A stretch of 62,885 bases of DNA, the filler included, from Stramenopiles sp. TOSAG23-2 (Eukaryota), in the NCBI GenBank assembly GCA_900128395.1. It is 3 parts of 3 records of this genome, joined end to end, with 100 filler letters (N's around TTAATTAATTAA, not from the genome) between each part and the next. Parts side by side here need not be neighbours in the genome. Positions count along the whole stretch, not along the records: positions 21,023 to 41,915 come from LT649547.1; 2 more parts are not named here. One strand, 5' to 3'. Made by a program: the position numbers and the translations under genes. This document shows, in pieces, positions 24,109 through 34,782 of this stretch (its first letter is position 1; each line of letters begins with the position of its first letter). The notes under the pieces were generated by a model. It made no database searches. It had not been told where the DNA came from and saw nothing but the letters and a program-made list of their open reading frames with translations.

Positions 24109-25186
24109 AGTGTTGTGTAGTGTGACACGAGAGTTTGTGTGTGTGTGTGTGTATACCGATGAAGTGAAAACGTACATGATAATGATGCGAAGAAGAGTGA
24201 TGAATTGTAAAGTGTGTGTAGTGTGACACGAGAGTTTGTGTGTGTGTGTGTGTATACCGATTTTTTTATGTTTCGTGTATTTTATACGACTGGTACGAAC
24301 ATGGCATTATTAATCAAGGATCAAAAGGATATTAAATTTGATACGAAAATACGAATATGAAGAAGAGTATATATTATTATTTCTCTTACTCATATATTAT
24401 ATAAATTTCTTTTACTCCCGGAAGTTAACATCTCAAATCAAAAATGATAATAAATACTCATTTAATAAATATTTAAACATTAGTAAAAAGAGAAGAGTAT
24501 ATATATAATGTACGTCGTAATACGAGTCGTACACATTTATCAAATCGTATTTACGAGTACGTAAAAAGACAAAAATAACACATATATTTTTTGATATTTT
24601 TATGATTATCAAAAATTAATCAATTTTATACTCGTGTAATGATATATTACACGTTTTTTATTTTTCAATTTTTATATTTTTATTAATCTAATTTTCTCTC
24701 TCTCTCTCTCTTCCCGAAACACACATGTACCAATTCTATATATATATTTAAAAAAAAAAATCAAAAGAAGCATCATGTTCTTTTTAACATTATGTGTTTG
24801 GAGAAAAAATAATTTTCCGTTTTCTAATTGACGAGACGTCTATAAACACACACACACAGTAGAATATTTAAAAAAAAAAATCAAAAGAAGCATCATGTTC
24901 TTTTTAACATTATGTGTTTGGAGAAAAAATAATTTTCCGTTTTCTAATTGACGAGACGTCTATAAACACACACACACAGTAGATGATATAGCTAACACAC
25001 ACACACACCTTTTTTAAATAATTGTACATCCACAACCAGTTCCTTTTGGTTCTTTATTATTTTCTCCTTCATCTTCCATTTTTTGTTTATTTGGAGAAAA
25101 AATAATTTTCCGTTTTCTAATTGACGAGACGTCTATAAACACACACACACAGTAGATGATATAGCTAACACACACACACACCTTTT

Positions 25187-26062
25187 TTAAATAATTGTAC
25201 ATCCACAACCAGTTCCTTTTGGTTCTTTATTATTTTCTCCTTCATCTTCCATTTTTTGTTTATTATTATTATTATTGTTGTTATTGTTATTATTATTATT
25301 ACCCATTTCAATACCATTACCATCTAAGTCAGTATCATTATCGTCCCTAGGAGTATTAACGGTTAAATCAACTTGATTTAAATCTTTGTCAAAGACATTA
25401 CATACTGCCTTACGCATTGCTTCATCAAATATAAGGGTACTTTCAACTGCCACTTGATATGGTGTTTTACCTTCACTATTTTCTACTAAATGATCGGCAC
25501 CACAATCCAATAATATCTTTGCAACACTTGCCCAACCATATTCAGCAGCAAAGTGTAAAGGAGTGGACTCTTTCGCTGCTTTACCAGCTTTTAATGTAAA
25601 ATCTGCGTTCTTATCTAACAACAATTTGGCACAGTCGGCTAAACCTTCAATACAGCATGAATGCAATGGTGTTGTTGAATATTTATTAACAGCATTAACT
25701 TCTGCACCATTATCTAATAAATGTTTCACAATTTCAAAACTTTCATTATGTTGAGAACGTCTACTTACTTTTCTCTTCACTTTATTTGGATTGAAAAGTG
25801 CCTCATGCAATGGTTTATTTTTCAATTTTCCACCATGTGCGTTGACATCAGCATTATTTTTCACTAACACTTTGACATGGCTTAACAAATTATATTTACA
25901 CGCAAGATGCAATAAAGTACCAACTTCCGGGTGAATAATTTTGGCTAAATCTTTATTTTTACCAATTCTTTTTAATGCTTGGTTATAACTACTTTCCGTT
26001 TGTTCTTGATACAATTCAGCAATTTCAAATGTTTCTTGTTCTAATTTATCCTCGTCTGCCAT
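25187..26062 (-). CDS. Ankyrin-repeat protein with C-terminal CaaX box
   Basis: GTLLHLAC, KPLHEAL, TPLHSCC, TPLHFAA repeats; ends GCGCTII. Confidence 0.85.
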   Translation of the reverse strand: MADEDKLEQETFEIAELYQEQTESSYNQALKRIGKNKDLAKIIHPEVGTLLHLACKYNLLSHVKVLVKNNADVNAHGGKLKNKPLHEALFNPNKVKRKVSRRSQHNESFEIVKHLLDNGAEVNAVNKYSTTPLHSCCIEGLADCAKLLLDKNADFTLKAGKAAKESTPLHFAAEYGWASVAKILLDCGADHLVENSEGKTPYQVAVESTLIFDEAMRKAVCNVFDKDLNQVDLTVNTPRDDNDTDLDGNGIEMGNNNNNNNNNNNNNKQKMEDEGENNKEPKGTGCGCTII

Positions 26063-26790
26063 GATGATGATGATGATTTGAATGTTGATATTTTGTTTTT
26101 GTTTTTGTTTTTTACGTTCACGTTCAATTTTTTGTCAGCAATTTCAAATGTTTCTTGTTCTAATTTATCCTCGTCTGCCATGATGATGATGATGATTTGA
26201 ATGTTGATATTTTGTTTTTGTTTTTGTTTTTTGTTCACACACACACACACTAACACATACTAGAGATATTTTCTCGGTGCATGCGATGAATATTTCTATG
26301 TTATTTATTCATTTTTTTCTATCTTTTTTTTTTTCTTTTATTATTTTTTCCCAGAAGATGAAATGGTAATGGTGTGTCTATGCTACCTGGTGGTAATATT
26401 ATTATATACCCTGATGAGAACATGAATGTGGGAGACAGCACCAGCTTTCGCTGGACCGCTACTTTTGTTTTATTGTTGTCAACATTTGTCGTTCCAGCTT
26501 TCGCTGGACCGCTACTTGTTGCGTTTACTGATTCCATTAACCTTTTTCAGTTATAATATTTACCCTTATAGAGTATTTCATTGAAGGATCGAATATCAAG
26601 ATTTGAAATTAAATAAAGAGTTTAAAATAAAATTTTTTTTGGGAAATATATTATCACTTTGTTATAATTATATTTAGAAAATACAAAATACTCAGTACAT
26701 GAATAAACAAAAGTAAATCATTTTCATGTGTCAGAAAAAGCAAGAATAAACAAAAACAAGAACCATATATTAAAAGAAATATATAAGAAG

Positions 26791-27520
26791 ATGGCATCAT
26801 CATTATTATCAAATGAAGAAGTCGATGCCCTTTCTTGGGTAGAACTTAAGAGAAAATGCCAGGAGTCAGGGATACCAGCAGTGGGTGTGGGGAGAACAAA
26901 GGACGTATTGACAACAGAGTTAAAAAATTACTACTACGATAAACGAGCCACAGAGGAAGAAGTGGCGGAAAAAGAAGGTGAAAGTAGTGACAGAGCAGAC
27001 GAACCTCCCCTTTGAGAATGTAGAATGGGAAGATTACAACGGCATCTGCGATGCGGCAACGAAATTAAAATTAAGAGCTCCAAGCATAAAAAAGGTATTA
27101 AACAAAGTGATAGAATTCACTGGTGGATATACCTTTGAGTGGGTAAACGATGTAATTTGGGTAAAAAAGAAAAAAAATTACCCTGATCACCGAGTTTATT
27201 TGAAATCGTATGAAAAGTTACAATTGGTCGAGCTGCACTGTTTGTTTAGAAACAAATGGTCAAAAATTTTGCGCATGGGCAACTTTGAAAGTACAACCAC
27301 TGAAGCAAAATTAAGAGATTGGATCCGTGCCAATCATCCCAGTCGATACAAGGCATCATTCACAAAGTCGTATCATGCAACAAAAACTTGTGTTTGCTGT
27401 GGAGAAAGAGAAGAAATTGATTATCAATTACATGTTTGCAAGCCTGCTAAAAGTTGCAAGAATAAGGATTTGGGGGCATATCTATTTACATTTAGGAATG
27501 CAGTTTTGTTACTAATATAA
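26791..27520 (+). pseudogene. SAP-like + NUMOD1-like + Cys-ribbon protein, interrupted by a +1 frameshift at CCC CTT TGA (27007-27015)
   Basis: LSWVELKRKCQESGIPAVG..KDVLTTEL (SAP/HeH-like); GICDAATKLKL..SIKKVLN..FTGGYTFEW (NUMOD1-like HTH); TKTCVCCGE..HVC..SC. Confidence 0.5.
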
Positions 27521-27777
27521 ATATAGACATTATATTTTCCATTTTATTATCTCTTGAACTAAATTGATTAATTTAGGATGAACACAGCACTAGGTATTGA
27601 CAACTACTACTACTATAGTAGTATACTACTAGTAATAAAAACAAAACACACAAATCTCCTCTTGTGTACATATCACCACAATAAATATACGACTATATAT
27701 AATAGTCGCATCAATCAGACGACTAGATGATAACAAGAGATAAATAGAGACATATATATATATATACAACTACAACC

Positions 27778-28299
27778 ATGACACGATCAGAGGCAGCATT
27801 AAAAAGGCGAGCGGCCAAGCGAAATAGGTCCATCGAGGAACAACGATTAAAAGATAATATGGAAGATGGAAATAAAATTAATAGTAATAATGATAATGTG
27901 AAAAAGCGTAAAATGGAAGATAATAATTATAATAATAATAATACCAATAATAAAAAACATTATAAAATAATATCCAAGGGAGGCTTTAATATTATGGTTT
28001 CTAAACGAAGAACAGATAATAATGGCAATGCAAGTAAAGTATTAATACCAAAATTAAAATGGCCAGAACAAGCTGGCCCAGAACGAATAAAATACAATCA
28101 AAATTTACGTGAAAGGTATAATCAAGATCAAACTAGTTTAGATGACAAAGAATTGGAAAGAGCATTAATTTTAATCAAACGTGATCAACGTAAAAAAGAA
28201 AAAAAATTAAAACAAAAAATTGAACGTGAACGTAAAAAAGAAATGAGACGTATACGTAAAGAAAGACATAATGCATTGATCAATCAATCAAAAAAGTAA
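27778..28299 (+). CDS. Hypothetical basic (Lys/Arg-rich) protein
   Basis: 173-aa ATG ORF with host-like Asn runs and a charged coiled-coil C-terminus. Confidence 0.6.
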   Translation: MTRSEAALKRRAAKRNRSIEEQRLKDNMEDGNKINSNNDNVKKRKMEDNNYNNNNTNNKKHYKIISKGGFNIMVSKRRTDNNGNASKVLIPKLKWPEQAGPERIKYNQNLRERYNQDQTSLDDKELERALILIKRDQRKKEKKLKQKIERERKKEMRRIRKERHNALINQSKK

Positions 28300-28682
28300 T
28301 TTTATCCACCAAAGAAAGAAAAGAGCGTGGAAGTGTGTAACAGTCCCGTGAATTTTAAAAGAGAACAAGAAAGAAAATAAATTTTTAGTGTATCATGATA
28401 TATATATTATATCATACCAGCATAGTCTATTATTGTGTGTTGTTTTATATTTTTTCTTATTTTTTTTATTTAAAACACAAAACAAAAATAAACAATAACA
28501 TATATATGTCACATATATATTATACATATACACAAAAAAACAGAAAGATAAACAAATGAAAATACGATGGCATCTTTAGTATCAAATAATAAATGTAAAA
28601 TAGTAACATGTACAAGCATGGCATGGCCAAATAATTATGGATATTGCACAAAAAAACAGAAAGATAAACAAATGAAAATACG

Positions 28683-31296
28683 ATGGCATCTTTAGTATCA
28701 AATAATAAATGTAAAATAGTAACATGTACAAGCATGGCATGGCCAAATAATTATGGATATTGCAAACTTCATCGTCAAGTTGATAATCAAGAAGAAAAAA
28801 ATAAATTATTATCCAACAATACAATAGCAAATAATCATGAATGTAAAGCACCAAATTGTACTCGTCGCTTTTTGCCAAATAATTATGGATATTGCGAGAT
28901 TCATCGAGAATATGTAAGTCGAAGACAAAAAAAATATAATATTGCCAATCGTTTGGGTGGAATTGTAAATACAGGACGGGATGGACATATAGAAGCAGAA
29001 ACTTTAAATAGATTAAGAAAAGCAGTGCCTGCTGGAGAAATGCCAGATGAGAAATTATTAGATAAACTGGTGAAAGATCCTATAATATCACAACTGAAAG
29101 ATAAAGTCCAAATTTTGAGTTATTACAAGCGAAGAATATACAAGGAAATTAGAAGACGCATAACAGTTTCAATGAAGGAAATAATAAAACACGATATTGA
29201 TGATAATGATTATATTAATGAAGAAATTAAAAAATTAATGAAAGATCCATTGCTTAGTAAACATTGTACAGAGAAATATATACGTAATTACTTCATTCAA
29301 AATACTAAAGGCAGTAATCGTAATAGAGGTAAATACAATCCATTGCCGTATGAGCAACATTTAATTCAAGTACAGCATTTATTATCATTGTGTATGAATG
29401 GACATGACGTTGATGGTGCATCAAATTGTACAAGTACATATTTAAAAATGTTATCATCAGATCTTATTACAAAACGGAACAAAACAATATTGCCGTATAA
29501 TGTTGTTAAAGCTGCATATGAAATAGCGTATCATAAGCAAGATAGCAATCTTATAGTACAATTTTTAAGAACGGTTTTAGAAAATGGAAATAGTTCAACT
29601 TGTTTTTATTATGCTAATATACAAATTGAATTGTTGAAATTTTTACTATCATATAATTTGAATCAAGCGGTAAGCACTGTAAGTTACCATATATTAAATA
29701 CTATAATTATAAATATACTATAGTATTATAGATGTAATATCACAATCAGCTAACAACATATATATATATATATTGTAAACCAACACGTACACACATACAA
29801 AGGCTCGTGATTTTTTTGTTAATACAGATGATTTAAAAGTTAAGAAAGCTTGTATAAATATATTGTTAATTAAATTAGAAAGAGATGATAACAAAGTTAT
29901 TAATGATGAGCTAATAAATGAAATTCGTACATATATTGATAGGACATTAAGAATGCATCCATCAGATGCAGATATATTTAGTAAATTAACCATTTCAAAA
30001 TTAAAGGTAAAAAATAGCGAATTGGAAATGTAGATGCAGATATATTTAGTAAATTAACCATTTCAAAATTAAAGGTAAAAAATAGCGAATTGGAAATGTA
30101 TGCAAGTAAATATTTAAAAAGTGCCAAAAAGATGGACAAATTACCTATTAGTGGTATTAAAGTGTCTTTGTATATATTGATGAATGGATTAAACAAGATG
30201 CACAGCAAAACAAATAATGGCCCTGGGAAAAACGACCGTCGTTCTGCACCGGAAATACCAAATGAAAAGGCTCTCCTTGATGGAACGGAAAGACGGACTA
30301 CTTTGATGATTCGTAATATCCCAAACAAATATACGCAATCCATGCTTTTGGAGGAATTAAACGAAGTTTTACATCGTAAATTTGATTTTGTTTATTTGCC
30401 TATTGATTTTAGAAGGGAAACAAATATGGGTTACGCATTTATTAATATGATTGATCCAGTTGCAACTGTTATTTTAGTGAAGCAGTTTCATGGTAAAGGT
30501 TGGCGTTCTAGTAAAAGTGAAAAGATTTGTCAAATTTCTTACGCACGCATACAGGGTAAACATGCATTAGTAGAACAATTTCGCAATTCCACTGTTATGT
30601 CCAAGAAAAAACAGTATCATCCTATTATTTTTCATAGCTCCGGTCATTCTATCGGTATGCCAGAGCTATTTCCTGGCGATACAACTAATACGTTTCTGGT
30701 AAAATTGCAAAATTTTTATGAAAATATATCAAAAGGAAAAGATGTAAATTTTTATTTAAATCCTAGAAACAGACGATACAACTAATACGTTTCTGGTAAA
30801 ATTGCAAAATTTTTATGAAAATATATCAAAAGGAAAAGATGTAAATTTTTATTTAAATCCTAGAAACAGACAAAGTAAAGAAAAAATCGTTATGTGGGAC
30901 AAAAAAATAGATAAAATTATGAAATGCAGTAAACATATTGCAAAAAGAGACCCGACAAATCTATATGCTTTGGGTTTATTAGAGCAACATTATAACTGGT
31001 CATGTTCTATCAATACAAATGAATTTATGAAAAGCATGAGAAATCAAGTTAGCGCATGTAAATTGATTGAAACAAAGGAATGGCTCAAATATTGCGTAAA
31101 TGCGATTGAATATGGATCTGAAACATCAAACCAAATTCACCACTTTCAGCGATTTTTAAAATATGCACAAAAAGTTAAAGAAGACGATCTAGAATGGTTT
31201 GATAATTTTGCTGAATCGAAACTTTGGTGGAAAGATGTTTACTCCCACCATACATATTTTCGCGAAGTAGAAAAATTGTTGTTTACAGGAAGGTAA
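28683..31296 (+). CDS. TAF1A/Rrn11-like helical protein with N-terminal Cys/His repeats and an internal Mei2-type RRM; intron 29670-29802; frame broken by 68-nt and 97-nt duplications
   Basis: Two C-x4-C...PNNYGYC-x2-H repeats. HLIQVQHLLSLCMNGHDVDGA resembles the Rrn11/TAF1A N-terminal motif (recollection only). A phase-0 GTAAGC..AAG intron joins LNQA|ARDFF. Removing duplicates 29964-30031 and 30677-30773 restores a single frame to 31296. Confidence 0.55.
30222..30677 (+). other. Mei2-like C-terminal RRM (RRM_2) coding segment embedded in frame
   Basis: RTTLMIRNIPNKYTQ..FDFVYLPIDF..NMGYAFIN..SEKICQISYARIQG..LVEQFRNS is the Mei2/AML RRM3 signature. Confidence 0.9.
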
Positions 31297-31813
31297 AGGG
31301 ATGTAAAAATATATATATATATAACATATATAATACATATATATATATATATATATTATTTACTCCCACCATACATATTTTCGCGAAGTAGAAAAATTGT
31401 TGTTTACAGGAAGGTAAAGGGATGTAAAAATATATATATATATAACATATATCATACATATATATATATATATATTATTATTTTGGAGAGTGTACGTTGG
31501 AATTATTAAAACATATCATATGATTATATGGAGAGAGGTAAAAATTAAAAAAATATTTAAAATTAAATGCCTGTGTAAAAAATTATATATATATATAATA
31601 TATTATATTAATGTATATATATAATAATTTACGCATAATTACGATTCGTACTCTACATTATGATGTGTAATTTCACTTCTTAACAAATACATGCCGCCAA
31701 ACAATTCCATCTGAAGATAAATAACGTTCCGGATCCATTTGATTAATCTCTCTTCCTGGTGGAATACCTAAAAAATGCTTTTCATTATTATTACCAATAG
31801 GAACTTCAATACG

Positions 31814-32866
31814 TTACTTCTTAACAAATACATGCCGCCAAACAATTCCATCTGAAGATAAATAACGTTCCGGATCCATTTGATTAATCTCTCTTCCTGG
31901 TGGAATACCTAAAAAATGCTTTTCATTATTATTACCAATAGGAACTTCAATACGTTTTACATCATTTTCAACAACAATTTTCGTAAAGGAAGGATAATAT
32001 TGTAGGCCATCTTCTTCATCTTCATCTCTTACCATGTTCTTATCGTTATTGTGATCATCCTGATACCATGATGGTTTCCAATTTAAAATATTTTCCGGTT
32101 CAATCGATTTGAAATTTTCTATACCAATTGGACTAAAAAATATTTTATGCATATGATCGAATGTCATTTCATTATCACTTTGTATATAAACAATTGTATC
32201 TTTTTCAACCCCATCACTTAAATAGTTAAGAACCGTTTCATTTATCATACGGCGTTTAATTTGTCGACGTTTAAAGCATGGATCTGGATTTAAAATAGAG
32301 ATGGATTGAATGCTTCCATTTCTTTTTGGAAATTCTTGTAAAAATTCTTTAAAAGATCCTTTTTTTGAGATAATATTTGCATGTATAAAGTGCAGATTAT
32401 GTTGATAGTTGATTAATAACTTTTCTCGTTTTTTAAAACATTTCTCAATTTGTCTTTTTTGGATTTCAAGACCAATAAAATTCGTATTTGGAAACATTTT
32501 AGCCAATCCAAACAGATACACGCCATTATGAGACCCAACATCAATATGAAAAGCTTTGTCCATACGATTATGATTTTCAAAATAATCTAATTCCTTATTT
32601 ACATCTATTTCTAAATTGAAATTTGTTTTACTTAATGGATTTACATGTTGTCTTGTTTTTACATATTGTCTAATATATTGTTTTACATGATTAGTTCGTT
32701 GTCGATTCAAAACAATTCGAGTGATGGGGGAGACGATGTTGAAATTTGTTTTACTTAATGGATTTACATGTTGTCTTGTTTTTACATATTGTCTAATATA
32801 TTGTTTTACATGATTAGTTCGTTGTCGATTCAAAACAATTCGAGTGATGGGGGAGACGATGACCAT
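31814..32866 (-). CDS. trmB: tRNA (guanine-N7)-methyltransferase, bacterial TrmB type (probably organellar); 123-nt in-frame N-terminal duplication
   Basis: RQHVNPL, IDVGS..G.YL, FIGLEI, NPDPCFKRRQIKRR, YIQSD motifs. Confidence 0.85.
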   Translation of the reverse strand: MVIVSPITRIVLNRQRTNHVKQYIRQYVKTRQHVNPLSKTNFNIVSPITRIVLNRQRTNHVKQYIRQYVKTRQHVNPLSKTNFNLEIDVNKELDYFENHNRMDKAFHIDVGSHNGVYLFGLAKMFPNTNFIGLEIQKRQIEKCFKKREKLLINYQHNLHFIHANIISKKGSFKEFLQEFPKRNGSIQSISILNPDPCFKRRQIKRRMINETVLNYLSDGVEKDTIVYIQSDNEMTFDHMHKIFFSPIGIENFKSIEPENILNWKPSWYQDDHNNDKNMVRDEDEEDGLQYYPSFTKIVVENDVKRIEVPIGNNNEKHFLGIPPGREINQMDPERYLSSDGIVWRHVFVKK

Positions 32867-33118
32867 AATGAATGATACATTTAGATGTTGTTGTTATTTG
32901 GTTGAGCTGGCGGTCTATGTGTAGCGAATGAGATGCGGCATTCGCTATATATATTTTTAATTTATTGTTTATTAAAATTTGTGCATTTTATTTTTTGAGA
33001 TGATGATGGCACGATGCACCGATGGAAAAAAAAAAATCTTTTATTAAGGCGATTTTGAAATCTGTAAATTCCTTAAATGAAATATAGAACTTATTTAAGG
33101 AGGATATGTACTGAAAAT

Positions 33119-33757
33119 CTAATCACGTCTCGACAAAACCGTATAAATTATTTCCATGATACCTTCCTGCTTGCTGGCAATATTTTCGAGAACAGAATGG
33201 ATATATCTGGAAGTGGATATTTGTTGAAATTGCTGAGTCTGCATCTGTGCTAATTGTTGCAACATTTTGCCAACCCCTCCCCTAGACCTAGCTGAAGGCA
33301 CAATTTCCGAATCTACCCGTGAGCTTCTGCCCCAAGGACTAAGTTGAGGTGAGCGAGATCCCACTGATCCACTAGATCGGCTAAAAAAGGATCCCGCCTC
33401 TAATTCATTTCCCCGACGATTCAGGAAGGAACCAACCTCAGATTCGCCATACCTAGAACTTCCACTAGATGTGCTACTACTGTTGTTCATCCTCAAGTTC
33501 TCTGCATGTTTGGCTTGCATACTTGCCGGTCCTAAAAACGTTCCCAATTGCTCCCTGACTCTGCTTAATTTTAATTGTTTTAAGTGTGCTAAATGTGTCA
33601 GCTCTTGTTCATGTTGCATGGTTTTTGCTTTCATTTTTGATTGCAAACTGGCAATGCATTGAATATGCTTGGTATTGGTACTGATCTTTTTCTTGCAGAA
33701 GCCAAAATCTGTTGCAGCAATGGTATATGTGGAGGCAACTGCCCAGAAGTGGTACAA
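33119..33757 (-). CDS. Hypothetical protein or degenerate gene in a GC-richer island
   Basis: 212-codon open frame with coiled-coil and Ser/Gly-rich parts; the start is uncertain. Confidence 0.35.
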   Translation of the reverse strand: MYHFWAVASTYTIAATDFGFCKKKISTNTKHIQCIASLQSKMKAKTMQHEQELTHLAHLKQLKLSRVREQLGTFLGPASMQAKHAENLRMNNSSSTSSGSSRYGESEVGSFLNRRGNELEAGSFFSRSSGSVGSRSPQLSPWGRSSRVDSEIVPSARSRGGVGKMLQQLAQMQTQQFQQISTSRYIHSVLENIASKQEGIMEIIYTVLSRRD

Positions 33758-33927
33758 TAATGTTGTTCATGGTTATATTGCAACTGGAGGAAGGTTAATC
33801 CATGAAGGAAATTAATATTATTGGAGAAGACGGTACGAATTTCTGTACAAATGTTACAATTCAGAAATAATGCAAAATTCAAGAAATTATATGAAGCCAT
33901 TATGTACATCAACAGAGATTTTCAGTG

Positions 33928-34120
33928 AAAAGTGGCTCAGGCAAGAAAAGCTCAGGTTACAGCGATGGTGCAGGCACAGGCTCAGGCAAAAGCTCAGGCA
34001 GCTCAGGCTCAGGAAAGAAAAGTGGCTCAGGCTCAGGCAAAAGCTCAGGAGGCTCAGGCAAAAGCTCAGGCAGCTCTCAGGCTCAGGAAAGAAAAGTGGC
34101 CCAGGCAAGAAAAGCTCAGC
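33928..34120. repeat. GCTCAG(G)-based minisatellite
   Basis: Recurring ggctcaggcaa(g)aaaagctcag / gaaaagtggctcagg units; all three + frames stay open. Confidence 0.8.
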
Positions 34121-34390
34121 GGAAAAAAAAAGGAAATCGTCGACTACAACTACATTGATGAGGTATCAGCACGTTTTTTGCATTGGTACCTCTTCTTGTA
34201 CATTAAACCAAAACATGTAATTGGCATGTTGTGGGCCAAATGTAATGGGGCATTTGCTTGGTTCTATATCTGACATGATGCTATTTCGATGGTATAACAA
34301 ATCCAAATTTTCATGTTACTCATTAGGGTTTACAGTTGGTACACATTTTTATTATTATTCCGACTATATTCTTCAATACACTTTAACTTA

Positions 34391-34703
34391 CAGATGTTTG
34401 CACCGAACGTGGGACAGGCCTCACGCGCCGGGCGCACAGAAAAAAAAAAAAAAGATTACACTACACCACTCGATCTTTTAGACAATAGCATGAAATAGCA
34501 TTAAGAAGCGTAATTTTGCTAAAAAATAATACCTTATACTTTACTTGATGTGTTCTATCTGGTTTTGTTGTTGGTTAGATCATCAAAATTGCTTTCTTAA
34601 TGCTATTTAATGCTATTGTGTAAAGATCGAGTCGTGTAGTGTAATTTTTTTTTTTTTTGAACACGGCGCGCGAGGCCTGTCCCACGTTCGGTGCAAACAT
34701 CTG
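34391..34703. mobile_element. MITE, Tc1/mariner-like (TA target-site duplication, about 128-bp imperfect TIRs)
   Basis: TA|CAGATGTTTGCACCGAACGTGGGACAGGCCTC ... GAGGCCTGTCCCACGTTCGGTGCAAACATCTG|TA. Inverted similarity continues to about 34518/34583; no transposase ORF. Confidence 0.85.
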
Positions 34704-34782
34704 TACTTGTACAGTTACCCTGGTTGCCCTGATGGCCTATTATTTATAAATATAAAATTCATATATATATATATCGATATAT

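Noticed and set aside
33928-34120. Repeat array as CRISPR
   Set aside because: No constant repeat with unique spacers, no cas genes, and a eukaryotic context.
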